From Octopus bimaculoides (Eukaryota): a DNA stretch of 46,688 nt. Location of the stretch: positions 146,372,507 through 146,419,194 of the forward strand of contig NC_068982.1 in NCBI RefSeq assembly GCF_001194135.2, written 5' to 3'. The notes beneath the pieces are model-generated. The model worked only from the letters and a program-made list of their open reading frames with translations, did not search any database and had not been told where the DNA came from. Position 1 is the stretch's first letter, and each line of letters begins with the position of its first letter. This document shows positions 11,982 through 26,026 of the stretch, piece by piece. Made by a program: the position numbers and the translations under genes.

Positions 11982-11997
11982 AATAATAATGATGATG

Positions 11998-12048
<51 letters not shown>
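11981..12048. repeat. (AAT)n/(GAT)n microsatellite
   Basis: Direct reading of the sequence. Confidence 0.95.
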
Positions 12049-12050
<2 letters not shown>

Positions 12051-12052
<2 letters not shown>

Positions 12053-12612
12053 CCCGGATGCAGTACCAGGCGGTGGCTCTCATGGCTTCTGATCTTAATT
12101 GATTGGAAGTGTTATCATGTACATTGTTTTGTCTTGGTATAAAAGATGGGCTACAGCAAATATTCTGCTTAATACCATAGATTTGCTTGTCAGTTGTTTG
12201 ACCTTAACCAGTTGAGCTTGTCCCTTGGTGGCTGATGATATGTGCATCTCTGATCATGAGAAGAAGTAGTGGGGGAGCATCATAGCCACGTGTTGAGAGG
12301 AATTCTTTAGGGTTTCAATAATTCACGTTTGGAAACATGAGTGTTTTGCTCAACGTCCTTAAACAAACCTTATTCAGGGACCTTTTGAGCGGGATGGGCT
12401 ACCCGACCTGAAGAAATTCTAACTGGGCCCCACCTGCGAGGTCATGCGCTGTTTATCTTGATATGAGATCACCATGTCCCGCACATATGGTTGTGATGCA
12501 TGTGCCTGGTGTACCCTTATCAGACGGGTAGTCATGATGGGTACAATAGGCTTCGTATATTTCTGCCCCAGTGTCACTTTGATGGCATGCACTGCTTTCT
12601 CACTCAATAAGG
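12051..12612 (+). mobile_element. About 560-bp non-coding element embedded in an (AAT)n array (non-autonomous element or long Dong-type 3' UTR)
   Basis: Higher-GC, complex, ORF-less sequence with sharp boundaries against AAT arrays on both sides. It ends CTCACTC-AATAAGG-ATAATAAT. Strand is inferred from the AAT tail. Confidence 0.5.
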
Positions 12613-12656
12613 ATAATAATAATAATAATAATAATAATAATGGTAATAGTAATAAT

Positions 12657-12728
<72 letters not shown>
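12613..12728. repeat. (AAT)n microsatellite, interrupted
   Basis: Direct reading of the sequence. Confidence 0.95.
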
Positions 12729-12729
<1 letters not shown>

Positions 12730-12786
12730 GCGAGAAATGGAAGAAAATTTGAAGAAAGAAGAAAAAAAACAACATAATAATAATAA

Positions 12787-13147
12787 TAGAGATTTTATGA
12801 TTCAGCGCGACTATAAGATAGCGAATAGGAAGCCAAACATGGTGTTAATTGAGAAAGAAAGCAAACTATGCTGGATCAAAGATATAGTATGCCCAGCTGA
12901 CAACAAGGTATGCGATAAGGAAGAAAGAAACGTCGAGAGGTATGACAGGTTAGCTTGGGAGGTAAAGCAGTTGTGGTCGATGAAAAAGGTAGTAGTGGTA
13001 CTAATAATTGTCGGATTCCTGGGAACAGTGAGTAAAAATTTCGAAAAGTACATGGAACAAATATGGGCTGCAATAAGGGTGGAGCAATTGCAGAAAACAG
13101 TACTGCTTGGAACCACTCTAATACTCCTGAAGGTGCTCGAAAAATAA
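12787..13147 (+). mobile_element. 5'-truncated R4/Dong-like element, RLE domain only
   Basis: DFMIQRDYKIANRKPNMVLIEK..CWIKDIVCPAD..KEERNVERYDRLAWEVKQLW..IIVGFLG..LQKTVLLGT..LKVL* is a degenerate RLE domain. It starts directly after an AAT run. Confidence 0.85.
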
Positions 13148-13408
13148 GTTATAATTTCGACTGTTATAATTTCGATGTTTACGTGTTAGAAGAAATAACA
13201 ATGTGTATGTAAACATTGAAGTTAGAAAATAAGTTTCTCCGAGTTTTCAACAATGAAGTTATTTTATAAGTAATAAAAACTGTGTGCTTAAATGATGTTT
13301 TGTCTTGGAAATTAAAATGATTGCTTTCCAAGAAATTTACTATCATCAGAATAGTCGCTCCTCCATGCGATGCCGGATAACTTGATAATATCAAAAACCT
13401 CACACATA

Positions 13409-13429
13409 AACACACACGCGCACGCACGC

Positions 13430-13497
<68 letters not shown>

Positions 13498-13505
13498 TCA
13501 CACAC
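13409..13505. repeat. (AC)n microsatellite
   Basis: Direct reading of the sequence. Confidence 0.95.
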
Positions 13506-16500
13506 ATTCAATATTTCCGTGTAGTTTATACTTACAAAATTCCATTCATAAAATATTGGCTAACCAGATGTTATGGTACAATACATTAACCCACGCTATA
13601 TCTATGGATATCGAACTCGGAACTTTGTAGTAACAAAGAGATATTATTAACCACAATGGCAAGTTCGTTTATGACTTTATATTCCATTAGAAGGTTTCCA
13701 AACGGAAGAAACTTAGAGACATTGACACAGTATTATACTGAATTCTAGAACACGACTTAAAGATGAGAAATACGTAGCAAAGCACTTAATGTAATGGAAA
13801 AGACATCAGAACGTTAATTTAGAGATATTACTTACTGTATTTTGTTTCTGTTAGGAAATGTAGCTGTTTCTTACTTTACATTTTTAGTGATAATAGTAGG
13901 AAACTGAATGTAACATTTAATATATAAGTGTAGTTTTGAACGTACAATCGATATATGTATCGATGATATCCAAAATCTACATTTTAACACTAGTATATAA
14001 GATGGTCGTTGCTAAATATTTTCAAAAGTTTATTATCAAATTTAATAACTCACTTTTCAAAAATTACACATTATTTTCCACGCTACTAAAAACATCAAAG
14101 TGTTTGAAAAGTGCTATTTTAAAAGTCATTATCAAAAGCAAATTATACAACATATGTATTACAATTTTAAAGCTTTTACAAATCTTTTGAAATTCGACGT
14201 CATACATTACTAACTTTAATCATTTGTTTTCTGATTGAAATAACATATCATTTTCAGAGAATGTCAGAGCCAACTAACGCTGTAACGGGATCGCAAATAC
14301 AAAATGATTAGCCGAATTCACTGATTTCACTGTATAGGCTGTTTCCTTACATATGTTTCCAATGTATCTAAGGTATATTTTAACAAATTATAAAACGTTG
14401 TCTCTAAGTGATATATCATTTTCAATACATTAATGGGATAGCTACGGAACCATTATATCAGCTATAATTTAGATTACCTTGCCGCTGCTGTATCAACTAT
14501 TAAACAAAGTTACTGAACTTTTATTCCATTCTAGTAGGAAAATAATGTTTACCTCGAGTAATCTTTCATATTTTAAAATAAATAAATATGGCGAAGGTTA
14601 GAAGCAATAGACACAACTATTAAAGTATATCTGCATAAGGTTAAAGTGGTTAAAACTTTGATAGTTATTTATGTAAGATCTCTAGTTAAGAGGAAATTTA
14701 AAGGGTAAAAACAAATATTGATAAATTATAGGATTTAATTATGACACGGCACTAGGAATAATAGAAGAACTGAAGCTTATTTCCATTGTAATGTTGGTGT
14801 ATAGACAAGAAATAATATTTTGATGAGAAAAAAGAGAGGCCGAGTCGATATCCAAGGAAGCAACTGGTGTAAGAGTATTGATGTAGGAAGAATCTAATCA
14901 TACAATACATTCCGTATCTGAGAAAATATGGCGCATGTAAGCACTCCATAGTGCTCTCAGTTGAAACAAAAATAATTTTGTAATAATTTGAACAAAATCT
15001 GAGACACAATATATAATATACTCATGTAAATATCGTTTTACCAAGCAATTAGGTGTGCAGCATATAAATGGAAGTAGAACCACTCTGGATATGTTAGTTA
15101 CTTTGCTGGATAAGCTGTATCATATTTCTAATTCTCAATATATGACATCCTGAATTTCGAAATTAAACCAAGTCGTTTTACTCAAACGTGGCATACTGAG
15201 TTATTTGTCTAGGAAAGGAACGGGCTAAAATTCAAGATTCAGGAAAAATATTATTTACTTTAAATATTCAAACAAAAACTGCATATCTAAAAGTATTCGT
15301 TTTGACTATAATTTATTACATTACAAAATCACTTCATGTAAAGAAATATCAAGAAAATAACTATTTATATAATATTCAGATTTTAAGCACAGGTGTGAAA
15401 TTAAAATATTGGTTACTAATAATTTAATATAAAAATTTATGAATAATAGAATTTTCGTTATTATATTGAACGAGTTATAATATATTACGATTAACAAAAT
15501 ATAATGAGCTAAACGCAATTAAAAGACAAAATATGTGATGTGAGAAAATATAAATAAAATACAAATAAAATATATTTGCAGAAATTTAAGTGTTTATCCC
15601 TATTTTACCAATTGAAACTTATTTTAATTAAATCTATGATGGAAATGGTGAGCACACCTTCTTACATCCGTAATCTTGTTATTTCCACATGTAATATTCA
15701 ATTACAATTTGATAAGTACAGCTAACATTACATATTCACTAAATAATAACACCCAAATAAACCCATTTATATGTTTCCGCCTGTATTCTCTACAGTCTAT
15801 CTATATCCACATGTCACAGACGCTGTAAAACTACCCGATTTCTTCCTTACATTTCTACCGTTACAGGATGTAAATCTAACATGAAAAATATTTCCATATA
15901 ATTCTGATATCAAGGAGACTGTCCTAGCAATATGTTAGTTACATGTATATAAAGATATTTAAACTATAATCTTATTTTGTGCAAATTTACTCTTTACATA
16001 AATTAACATATTGGTTAATATGCTGTTAGCAAAGTTTAAATATATAGTAATACCTTGTAATTACTATTTGTGATAACCTTAAACGACACTCAGTCTTTAC
16101 ATAATAAAGAAAGTTGCATCAAAGTTAATGAGGTTCCTTTTTAAAATGAAAGTAACATTCATGCGTAAAATCAGCCGATCTTATACGAACTAAATTTTTG
16201 TTTTTGTATTAAAGATATGAACGCACACATAGGACTTTTACATTGTCTGCGATAGCTTAGATATACCACGCAGTTTGTGAGCAAATATATTCAAATGAAT
16301 ATATTTCTACTACCGACGTATGTTTTCCTCATACAATAGTATGTGGTGATTTGCTTCCTGTTGATAGTGACAAACAATGTATTTTGCCCAAGTACCCGGG
16401 GGAACTTAGCAAAAGATACATTGAATAGTGTGGTCTATTTACACACAAAAAAAACAAACAAACAAACAAAAATGACAAAAATATGTTAACTACTGGAACC

Positions 16501-19500
16501 ATAAGCAGATAAAAAACTATAACGACAGTATATTTCGAAACATTACTTATTACTTAACATTAGTTATTTTCTCGTTTATATTTCTTTCAACAATTTTTCC
16601 TCTGCCCGAAACTAGAAAATATGTGGACAAATATTTCAATGACAAAACTTCCGAAATTTATAGTACTAACAAAGTATATTTAAGACACATAAAATGTTCC
16701 GTCTTCGATTGAAAAATTACGATTTTAAGAAAGAAAATTAGTAGGGATAATAAATCAAAGCGAGTTAGTGGTTTAGAATCACATCTGCTTATACAAGATG
16801 ACAAGGAAATTATTATTTGATGTCTGTAGCGCTCTCTCGTTATCTATAATTGTACAATTCATGCTTTCGTTTCAAAGTATAAGTAATCAAACCTTGCATT
16901 CTGTTCATACACATATTGTCTCTGACTCAAGACATAAGTTTGTCGAAAGATGGCTTCCAGTATATATTTACGTCCTTCTGCAAGCACATACTATGGTAAC
17001 GCGACCAACGAGATAGATGCTTCCATACTGGTGAAAGACAAATAAGAAATCTCTGTATTAAAGAAACGTACTACACAGGTTAAACCCGAAGATAAATATT
17101 CGATCGGAGTTGGGCCGACGATGCCCATAAATCATCAATCGTCCCCTGCTTCACCACTACTACAATGTAGTACAGTTGCCTGCTACCACAATGTTTGCCG
17201 TTGCTGCGACCTATACTATCACTACTACGTAACTTGCCACGACAATGTACGCTGCTGTTGCTTGTTACTACTTTATCATCGACTTCTAAAAGGACGTGTA
17301 GCAACAACGTCATCACTGACTACTACCACAGCATGTACCACCAGTGCTGCCAACCTACAGTTAGCAATCCATCACCGTCCCAGCTACCATTGCTATCACA
17401 CTCACTGAACAAAGCGGTGTCACTACCTGTTTGACAATCGAAATGGCAGCATTTGCATAAACTTATAGTTCGTAACCCTATACCTCTGATGATGGGTCTA
17501 CACTTAGCAGCATTCATTCTGAAAACCCCGTATGAAAGTTATTAACACATACCATAAATGTATTCATTAGTATTTCCAACTAATGTTACTGATGTACACC
17601 ATGTAAGTTACGCATTAAATATATATTTTCGTGCAATCATAAACGTAAATTTATTGATTTATATGATTTTTTTTTTTTTAGCGGCAAAACTACATTCTGC
17701 CAGTAATATTTTATTTAAAACATTCAAGTACAAAGAAACAAAAAAAAAAGAGAGATAAGAAAGGAAAAGAAAAAAGGTTGTGGTAAAAGCAGCAGAAGAT
17801 GGAAGGAAAGGGGGTGATGGGTCACATATCCAAGAACAAAGGGTGCGCTCAGCCGCCCCCCACGGTCATGACCGCAATGGCGTTGCCACGGAGGATGGCC
17901 AGCGACACTCACTGCAGCAGCCACTCCACCTCCCAGGGCTCATTTCTTCGACGCATCACCGTTATCCTTCTTTTGCGGAGGAAATTAGTAGTACGGGATC
18001 CTAGCACGCTTGATGTCTCGACGATGACCGACACAAACTAATAGAGGCGGTCCATGCCACCCATGGCACTGTATTTATTGATTTTTCTCTCCTCTGCAAG
18101 GTTGAAGGCGGCGAATGTGTATATATAAGTATACATGTATTTATATACAATACGTACGCGAATATATATGAAATACATAAAACCCATTGATGATTAGTTT
18201 GTGAAAAGTTTCACGTGCCACATACGCCAAAAATTGCTCTGCTATTGTGGAGTGGTGGGGTGGTCAGTGCTCTCACAAAACCTGTCTCATTAGAGAAATA
18301 AATAGCAATTGACATGAGGTAGTACGTCTCTTATTGATCTAGAAGTTTTAAAGCCAATATTGCGTGCATTTTGAAATCACTCAATTTGCATATTGTTATG
18401 AGAACCTTTTAGCTTTTAGTATTAAGTGGACATCTATATTTGATCAATCATGTAATCTCTAGCGGTAGTATAATATATCAAAATTCTGTTTGGTCTTTTC
18501 ACCCACCCTTTTTGCATTCATTTCGTTTCTATTTGGTATCGGCCCAAATGGAAACAAGGAAAAAAGCATCGTATCTTCAATCACAGTTACATGTTGCAAG
18601 TTGACCCTACTTTAGTTGCTGCTAACATCCAAACGTTCTATTATTGTACTGAGCTGCAGAACTACCAATTTGCTTTCCGTAGGCATGTTATATTGCCTCT
18701 TTAAATATCTATTTCAATTCTTTTTTGCTTTCAATACAAATTTAAGCATGTCTTCACTCGAGTTCAGTACCAGTTTTGAAAATTTGATGTATAGATTCAC
18801 AGAGGGTAAATAATATTGCAATATGTATTGTTGTTACCTCATAAACCAATAAGGCTATAGATATTCATGATAAGGCCATAGAAACATTGTAACAGCTGTG
18901 TCATTATTTGTCTTTTTATGAAATATATGACAAAACAAAATTTGTAGTTGTTGTCATACAATGTTTCATTTATAATATATGCAATATTAAATTGGCGTCT
19001 CACCTGCAAATATTAATAAATTCCTAAATGTGTACAGATTTCTTATGGAAATGCTCTGTACATTTTTGTGCAGATTTTTCCGATTTCTTGGCAAACATTT
19101 ATTTATAATTCAGTTTCTATTCATCTGTATGGTAGACTTAATCCATTGCCATTTTCAAGGTAACAACTTGGCTACATTAATTGAAGTAGCTTCTTGATTG
19201 TCTTTAGCGGAATCCACTCTGTTATAACCTTTTCTTGAATATCCTCAGTTTGGGAATATCTTCGTCCCTCCCAACTACTAAGTACATTACCACAAACCCT
19301 TTGCTGACACTGATAATTCTGTGGGGGACTGATTGCCCTTCAGTCATAAAACATCAAAAGAAGATACTTAGTGTCTGTCAGTCGACAGACTGGTGCTTCT
19401 TCACTTTCTTTTAGTCTGTTTTACACTCATAAGTTTTCGGTTAACTATGTGGTAAATATTTCACTGTATATCACCTATGAGCATATATTCCTTCATATTC

Positions 19501-19849
19501 ACATACTTCTCAGCAATGATTTCTTAGAATCACATTAATTCTAGTTCGTTCAAGAAACTTAAACTGAATATTGAGATGAGTATTGAATTTCACCTTTTCC
19601 AGTACATCTTAACATATGTAAAATATCAGAGCTTAATTAATGATTAAGCAATGACCTTATGATTTTAATAAATATTTTCTACAGTGCAGATTTCTGTTTG
19701 ATGTCCTTGGAACTATTACACCTTAATTTGTGAAGATTTCTCAGGTTTAGTTTATTTAAAACGCTACAGAAAGGAACTGCAAATATTTTACACGACAACT
19801 AATGGTGAGAACTAAATTGCTATCAATAGCAATATCATCTTTTATTTCT

Positions 19850-20165
19850 TAGTAGTTTCACTCATTAGACTGCGGCCATGCTGGGGCACTACCTTGTCGA
19901 AATTTAGTCGAATGAATCGACCACAGTACTTATTTTGCTTTTAGACCTAGTACTTATTCTGTCTGTCGCTTTTGCCAAACGATTAAATTACGAAAGCGTA
20001 TGCACCGTTTTTCAAGGGGTGGGGGACAAACATAGACACAAAAGACACAGAAATGCATGTATAAAAGACTGGCTTCCTTCAGTTTGCGTTAAACAAACCC
20101 ACTCACATGGACTTGGTTAGCCACAGGCTATAGTAAAAGATACTTGACCACTATACCACGCAGTC
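19850..20165 (-). mobile_element. Degenerate SINE (family B)
   Basis: CTGCGGCCATGCTGGGGCAC...CTAGTACTTATTCT...GGGGGACAAAC...CACTCAC...GGCTATAGTAAAAGATACTTG is collinear with the copy at 24611-24990. Confidence 0.75.
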
Positions 20166-21859
20166 AGCCTGCAAATGACTTATTAAATATTTTTTTCTAA
20201 TTCTCTAAAGCAAATGTTTATTTATTTGTTTTATTTTTTTTCATATTTCCATATCTAAAACATTTTAGACACAAAATCACTTCATAATGAGTATCTAATT
20301 TTAGATTGATGAAATAGTACTTTATATTGCAACATGTAATATTACATATTCAAAGTGATTGCATCACGGCGCGCGAACATGTACTTATGAGATACTTATG
20401 AGATATTTATACTGTACTGAAAGGTTTGTAACACAGGTGCCTTTCACTACGATCTATCCAAGCAAGTAATATCCAGAAAACTGTGTTATCAGGCATTTTG
20501 GAATAAACAGGAAACAATGAATTCATCATATCCGGAACACCTTTCCAAAATACGCTAGGCGTTGGCATTAAGACATCAAAGACTTTTATTTTTAATATGT
20601 TATTCTCTGATAGGATTAAAACATTCTATGTAATACAAAATGCGCTTTAATATCTTCACATAAAATTAAATGGAAAATGTTCCGCAAACTTATCGTAAAT
20701 ATTTACGAAGAATTGAAATCAACCATAGCATAAAATTTAAGTATTGACTGCAGTTTCCATATTTTAGAAAATCTGAAAAGATTTTCCTTAAATACGGAGC
20801 ATAAGGTTCATTTTGTTTCTTCCATCAATTGAACGTTAATTATGACGAGCCAAACTTGTGATAGAATTAAGTTGTAGGAAGACTCTATGTCATTAGGGAA
20901 ACAACTTAGCTAACGCATTGGACCTACGATTGGATTACTTAGTATGCATTTTATTTTTACCACTGATCAATAATAACATGATAAAAACTGCAAATTCAAT
21001 GGAATGATAGCAAGACTAACACAAGTTATTATTTTCATAATTATAATGGGAAACCAAGTTTCTCTCACTTCATATAACACGATTTTATTTGTCAAGTACG
21101 AGTTCATAGATTTTAACAAACTTTATAATCTTTTAGATGATAAAATTGTAAGACTTATAGTACAGTTTGGGCCTATGTTTACATTTTTATATACACATTG
21201 CATGGGTTATTAGATTCCACTTGGATGAATCTTAATGTAAAGAAAAGGAATCTTGATTGCTTCGGGGCGATGACATAGATTTATGTCTTTGCTTCATTAG
21301 GTAAAAGTTTATCTATATTAATAGTTATTTTTTTAGTGTTTTACGTCTAGCTGTATACACTAATTCTAATGAGCATACTCTAGATTCCTGAGAAATCAGC
21401 AGTAATTTTGGCGTTAAAATTGCCATAACAACTGATGCTGATCTTATTCATGTCAGTCTAGATTTTGAGTATTCATTCAAGTTCATCTATCGAGTTTTAC
21501 TCCTTTAGGATATCAGGCAAGTCAGCACTTTCTATAATAAACAACCTAAAATCGAGAGGTATGAATGATAGGATTAGGTAACTCATATCCCACAGAGAAA
21601 TGTAAGTATCGTTACGTCACATCACTTGCGACGTTGACTGCAACTCGAGAGAAAATTTCCTTTAAGGCTGTGCGAAATTACATTGTTCATGCCAACTTTG
21701 AGACGGTGCACCTTCCTGCATCCCACATAAGTTGGTGGACATACGTTATGCAAGCCTCACTTCAAGGCTTGAACGTCTTGACGGGGTTATAGAAAAAGAA
21801 CTTCAGATTTGTAGATGCTTGATTAATGTTTTCAACAAAATCATTGACCAGGTGACATT

Positions 21860-23300
21860 AACCGTCTTTGATCATGTGGATGACAGGAAGTAAAGATCCA
21901 TATAGTAAATTGTTTGATATATGATCGGCATGAGAGGTGTCTAGAGGCTTTGCAGAAGTAGAATTTATGTTCCGTCTAGCGACCGATGTTTGCACGCCCT
22001 CAGAGGCCAGCATTAAGAGCCCTAGAACTGAAATAGATTCTACTGTAGAATGAAATATTCATAGATTTAGAGCATGTGACAGATGTGATGCCTTTCAAAT
22101 TTTCTATCACTTGTCGAATGCTGACCATGTTATCGGTTTATGAATTGTAACGTTTGTGCTGGCATAGGGAATACAAGACACTAGGTAGCAGAAATAAGTA
22201 ACTGATCCAATGGACTCCGTTAAAAGTTTAAGATCATCAACACCAGTATTTCTGCCACTGGTCATGGTCTTTGTCTTCAAGCGGGTTACTGAGAGATTAA
22301 CTTCAATAGTAGCGTCAAACATAAAGGCAAATAACTCACAAAATAGACTCTCTGGCTGTAAACCTCATATTGAAAAGCTGCTAGAGAGCAACACAACTCA
22401 CACAGATAATTTTGTTGTGACACCAATTCCACCGCTGCCCACAAATATTCCCACTGGTAAAATTACCTAAACAGTTCAAGATCGATAAATTAGACCGTGT
22501 TCCTCAAGAGATCCTTCGGAATCATGAGCTATTTCCTTTACTTCTTCCTATTCTAAATTTTACTTAATCCATTAGTCATCCCCCGTCGGAATTCAAGCTG
22601 AAACCTATCATTCTTGTTCTAAAGAAAGGGAGATTTATTAGAATGCGGCTAGTATCATGACATCAGCATGATGTTATATTCAACCAAATTCTTCAATGTA
22701 TCGCATCCGAGATCCTATCGAAACACTGCTCAAATCAAACCAAAGCAGATATCGTGGAAGCCACTTCACCCTGAACCTGTTTTAACTCAAGGCGATTCGC
22801 TGAAACCATCCCAGAAAAGAAATATACATCTTTGTCCGCCGTTTTCGTGGAGTTCACAAATCTTTTAAATCTCACTACCGTTAGCTAACGTTTCACATTC
22901 TCTCAGCTTATGGCATACCAAATAAAGTTGTAAATGCTCTCTGCTCCATGTATTCAGCCTGCAAAAGTGTAGCGCGCCTAACAGAGACACCAACACATTC
23001 GCAGTCAATACATGAGATCACTAAGGTGGGGATCTCATGAATCTTGGACTATGTACAATGGCACGCTATGCTATCTGAACTATACATAACTCTTCGTTCT
23101 CGACGGGGATTGCATCATCCAGCATCGTGCCTTACCGACCTCGATTTCGCAAATGATATCGCACTCGTTTCGCAATAATCCCAAATACTTAAACTCTCGT
23201 CAGAAACCTGGTGTCAGCTGCCAAATATTCTGTACAAAATCCTATTTACTAAATGTTAAGTCTAATGTGGCAAAACCTCTCTAAATTTGTAAATCATTAA
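21860..23300 (+). mobile_element. Highly decayed RTE-like LINE (APE end plus RT)
   Basis: Frame fragments include ADHV (APE end, about 22120), IKANNSQNRLSGCKPHIEKLL, QSRYRGS, VFVEFT, ILSAYGIPNKVVNALCSMY (22897-) and LTDLDFANDIALV (23131-23169, a decayed FADD catalytic motif). Boundaries are approximate. Confidence 0.75.
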
Positions 23301-24532
23301 GCACCTCCATGCAAATGATTCGTAAATGAAATCATTAAATACCCACCATCTCATTTTACTGCATTTGCCTTGTACAAAGTAAAAGCTAACTCATCAAATC
23401 TGAAACTTCACACAACCCTATATTCGCAAGCGTTATTGATATCAAACATTTTTCATTCCAGAAGTATACCTACGTAATGATCACAATACAATTCCTTCAC
23501 GTAGACTGGTGAAATATCAATGCTTATGGCAGTAACTAGATGTTACTTAAGGACTTTGAAGAAAATATTGATTCTAAAATTATCCCCACGATTAGAAATA
23601 TAGTTAAGTAATAAAATTAACGTTTTCTAACAATCCAGACACGCGCATAATTTCAATTCAATGTTGGGAGCATCCGACTTGAACTTGCAACTACGTACAA
23701 AACAATTTAGTATGTATAGTATTGACTTTCAATTATATTGCTAGAAAAGTATAGCTTCATACATTATTCTCTTTCATATGGTTTGTCCTTAATTCTAACA
23801 TTACATGTTCACTATTTTCATTAATTTCAATTTTATAATTTAAGAGTTTCAATGTTTCATAAGCAACATATGCCCTCTAATTAATTTACTAATTTGTGAT
23901 TTTAATGAACTGAATATTTCCAAGAATAATTTGAATGTTCGAAGCCAAAAGAAATAAAACTACTTAACTTTGCTTTAAAATACATCAGTTAACGCATGTC
24001 ATCTTGAATCAGATTGTTGATGTATGATACGAATTTGGAGACTATAAAACTTTGATACACTCAATGAGGTCACAATTTTTTATGATACTCAATTATGTGT
24101 ATACGTATGTGGTGGGTGGTTGTCTATGCGTCTGTGTTGTGTGTGTGTATGTGTGTGTATACATGTATAAAATAAAATGAAATAATTAGTTATATACATT
24201 GATGTATATTATAGACTTTAAATTACTTTAGATATGCGTTTGGGTATGTACAGGGTTCAATCTTATCAACCGATCGATTGATCGACTGAAAATATGAGAA
24301 ACCACTCAGCAAAGCTATCATCTTCAGTGACGAAGCAAAGCATCTGTCAAAGGAAAACAAAGAAGGAAAGGAACAATGGATTTAACTGGTGGTCGACTTC
24401 GATTTCGGATTATTTGGAGTAAAATATAGTTCAGAGGACTATTTATTTAGCCTGGTGTGTTTATATCTATAGAGAGTTTAAGAGGTATTACGCCTGGAAT
24501 ATTAATCCTTTCTTAATCCATCTTTGTTTTGA

Positions 24533-24552
24533 TACACACACACACACGCACA

Positions 24553-24607
<55 letters not shown>

Positions 24608-24610
24608 GTA
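24533..24610. repeat. (CA)n/(TA)n microsatellite (SINE tail)
   Basis: Direct reading of the sequence; it abuts the 3' end of the family B SINE. Confidence 0.9.
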
Positions 24611-24990
24611 TACTCTTTTACTTGTTTCAGTCATTTGATTGCGGCCATGCTGGAGAACCGCCTTTAGTCGGATAAATCGACGCCAGGAATTATTAGTTGT
24701 AAGCCTAGTACTTATTCTATCAGTCTCTTTTGCTGAACCGCTAGGTTACGGGGACGCAAACACACCAGCATCTGTTGTCAAGCGATCTTGGGGGGACAAA
24801 TACAGACACACAAACACGTATATATACATATACATATATATACGACGGGCTTCTTTCAGATTCTGTCTACCAAATCTACTCACAAGGCTTTGGTCGGCCC
24901 GAGAATATAGTAGAAGACACTTGCCCAGGGTGTCACGAAGTGGGACTGAACCCAGAACTATGTGGTTGGTAGCAAGCTACTTACCACACA
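24611..24990 (-). mobile_element. tRNA-derived SINE (octopus-type family B), near full length
   Basis: The minus strand begins TGTGTGGTAAGTAGCTTGCTACCAACCACATAGTTCTGGGTTCAGTCCCACT (tRNA-like A/B boxes), then CCCTGGGCAAGTGTCTTCTACTAT...GTAGACAGAATCTGAAAGAAGCCCGTCGTATAT, an internal (AT/GT) tract, and a tail ending CAAGTAAAAGAGTA. Confidence 0.85.
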
Positions 24991-25728
24991 AATATAAATC
25001 ATATATATAAATATGTATGTATATATAATGTCTTATTGACGAGTTTCATTTCTTCATTTCCCTGAAGGGAAGATTTCATTGTTTTACACTATTTTATTCG
25101 TCTGGAATAATACCAGTGATATCGTCGAAGTAAAATAATTTGAATAACACCTGCGTTTAACTCAATATATATATATATATANNNNNNNNNNNNNNNNNNN
25201 NNNNNNNNNNNNNNNNNNNNNNNNNNNNNNNNNNNNNNNNNNNNNNNNNNNNNNTATATATGCATATATACATACGTATATGCACATATTTACATCTGTA
25301 CGTACATATACATGCATATGTGGGCACAGGACGTCACGAAATGTGTACAACAAAGAATACGAGGTACGAGTACATGAAATATGAACTATCTTTTCCAACA
25401 ACCAAAGACACAAAAGGAAAACAAGACAAAGAACACAAAGAACGGCCCTTCATCAGTTGTTGGCTGTTTTTTCTACTCTCGTATTTCGAGCATTTAACAG
25501 CAAGATACGCTTTCGATAAAACAGTTGCTCGCGCAAAGAAGATTAAATAAAATTTGGGATTTTGCGGAGGGTCAAAATTGGTATCACAAACAGGACAGTA
25601 TTCTATCCTATTACTCCCAATACATATTTGCATGTGTATCTTTTATCTTTTACCGTTAACCTTTTGTAAAAGCCCGTTTATTTGAATCACGCACACGTAC
25701 ACACACACATTCTCTCTCTCCCTGTATA

Positions 25729-25749
25729 TATATATGTGTTTGTGTGTGT

Positions 25750-25786
<37 letters not shown>

Positions 25787-25817
25787 TGCTTGCGTGTGTG
25801 TATGCGTGTGTGTGTGT
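25729..25817. repeat. (TG)n microsatellite
   Basis: Direct reading of the sequence. Confidence 0.9.
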
Positions 25818-26026
25818 CTGTATCTAGTGAGCTAATTGCATATTCTATGTACAACATTTGGAGGGAAGTTTTTCTTCACATATTTGCTTTCATCTCTTTG
25901 GATATACGTTGTGGATGTTCGCGTACATTTTTCTATTCTGGCCCTTTTGAATTATTAATTCGTATGACGGAAAGCTTTGTAGGGCTGATTATAAAATGAA
26001 TCTTATTTTCCTTACTCCTCCTGACG

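Noticed and set aside
10338-11983. Long ORF calls (311, 262, 254, 186 aa) around 10.3-12 kb
   Set aside because: These are artefacts of reading through N-gaps, AAT/TAT repeats and the inverted repeat.
12225-12290. CTGATGA in the 560-bp element as a hammerhead
   Set aside because: No stem II/GAAA/stem III arrangement follows the motif.
17080-17517. Cys/Thr/His-rich ORFs (and similar ones at 7143-7429)
   Set aside because: This is degenerate CTA/CAC-type low-complexity DNA that is open in several frames on both strands, with no domain signature.
17485-17535. CTGATGA...GAAA as a hammerhead
   Set aside because: Stem II does not pair and there is no stem I complement after a cleavage triplet.
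17799-18041. GVMGHISKNKGC as a gag zinc knuckle
   Set aside because: The CX2C half is absent and the spacing is wrong. It may be a TE scrap but is not supportable.
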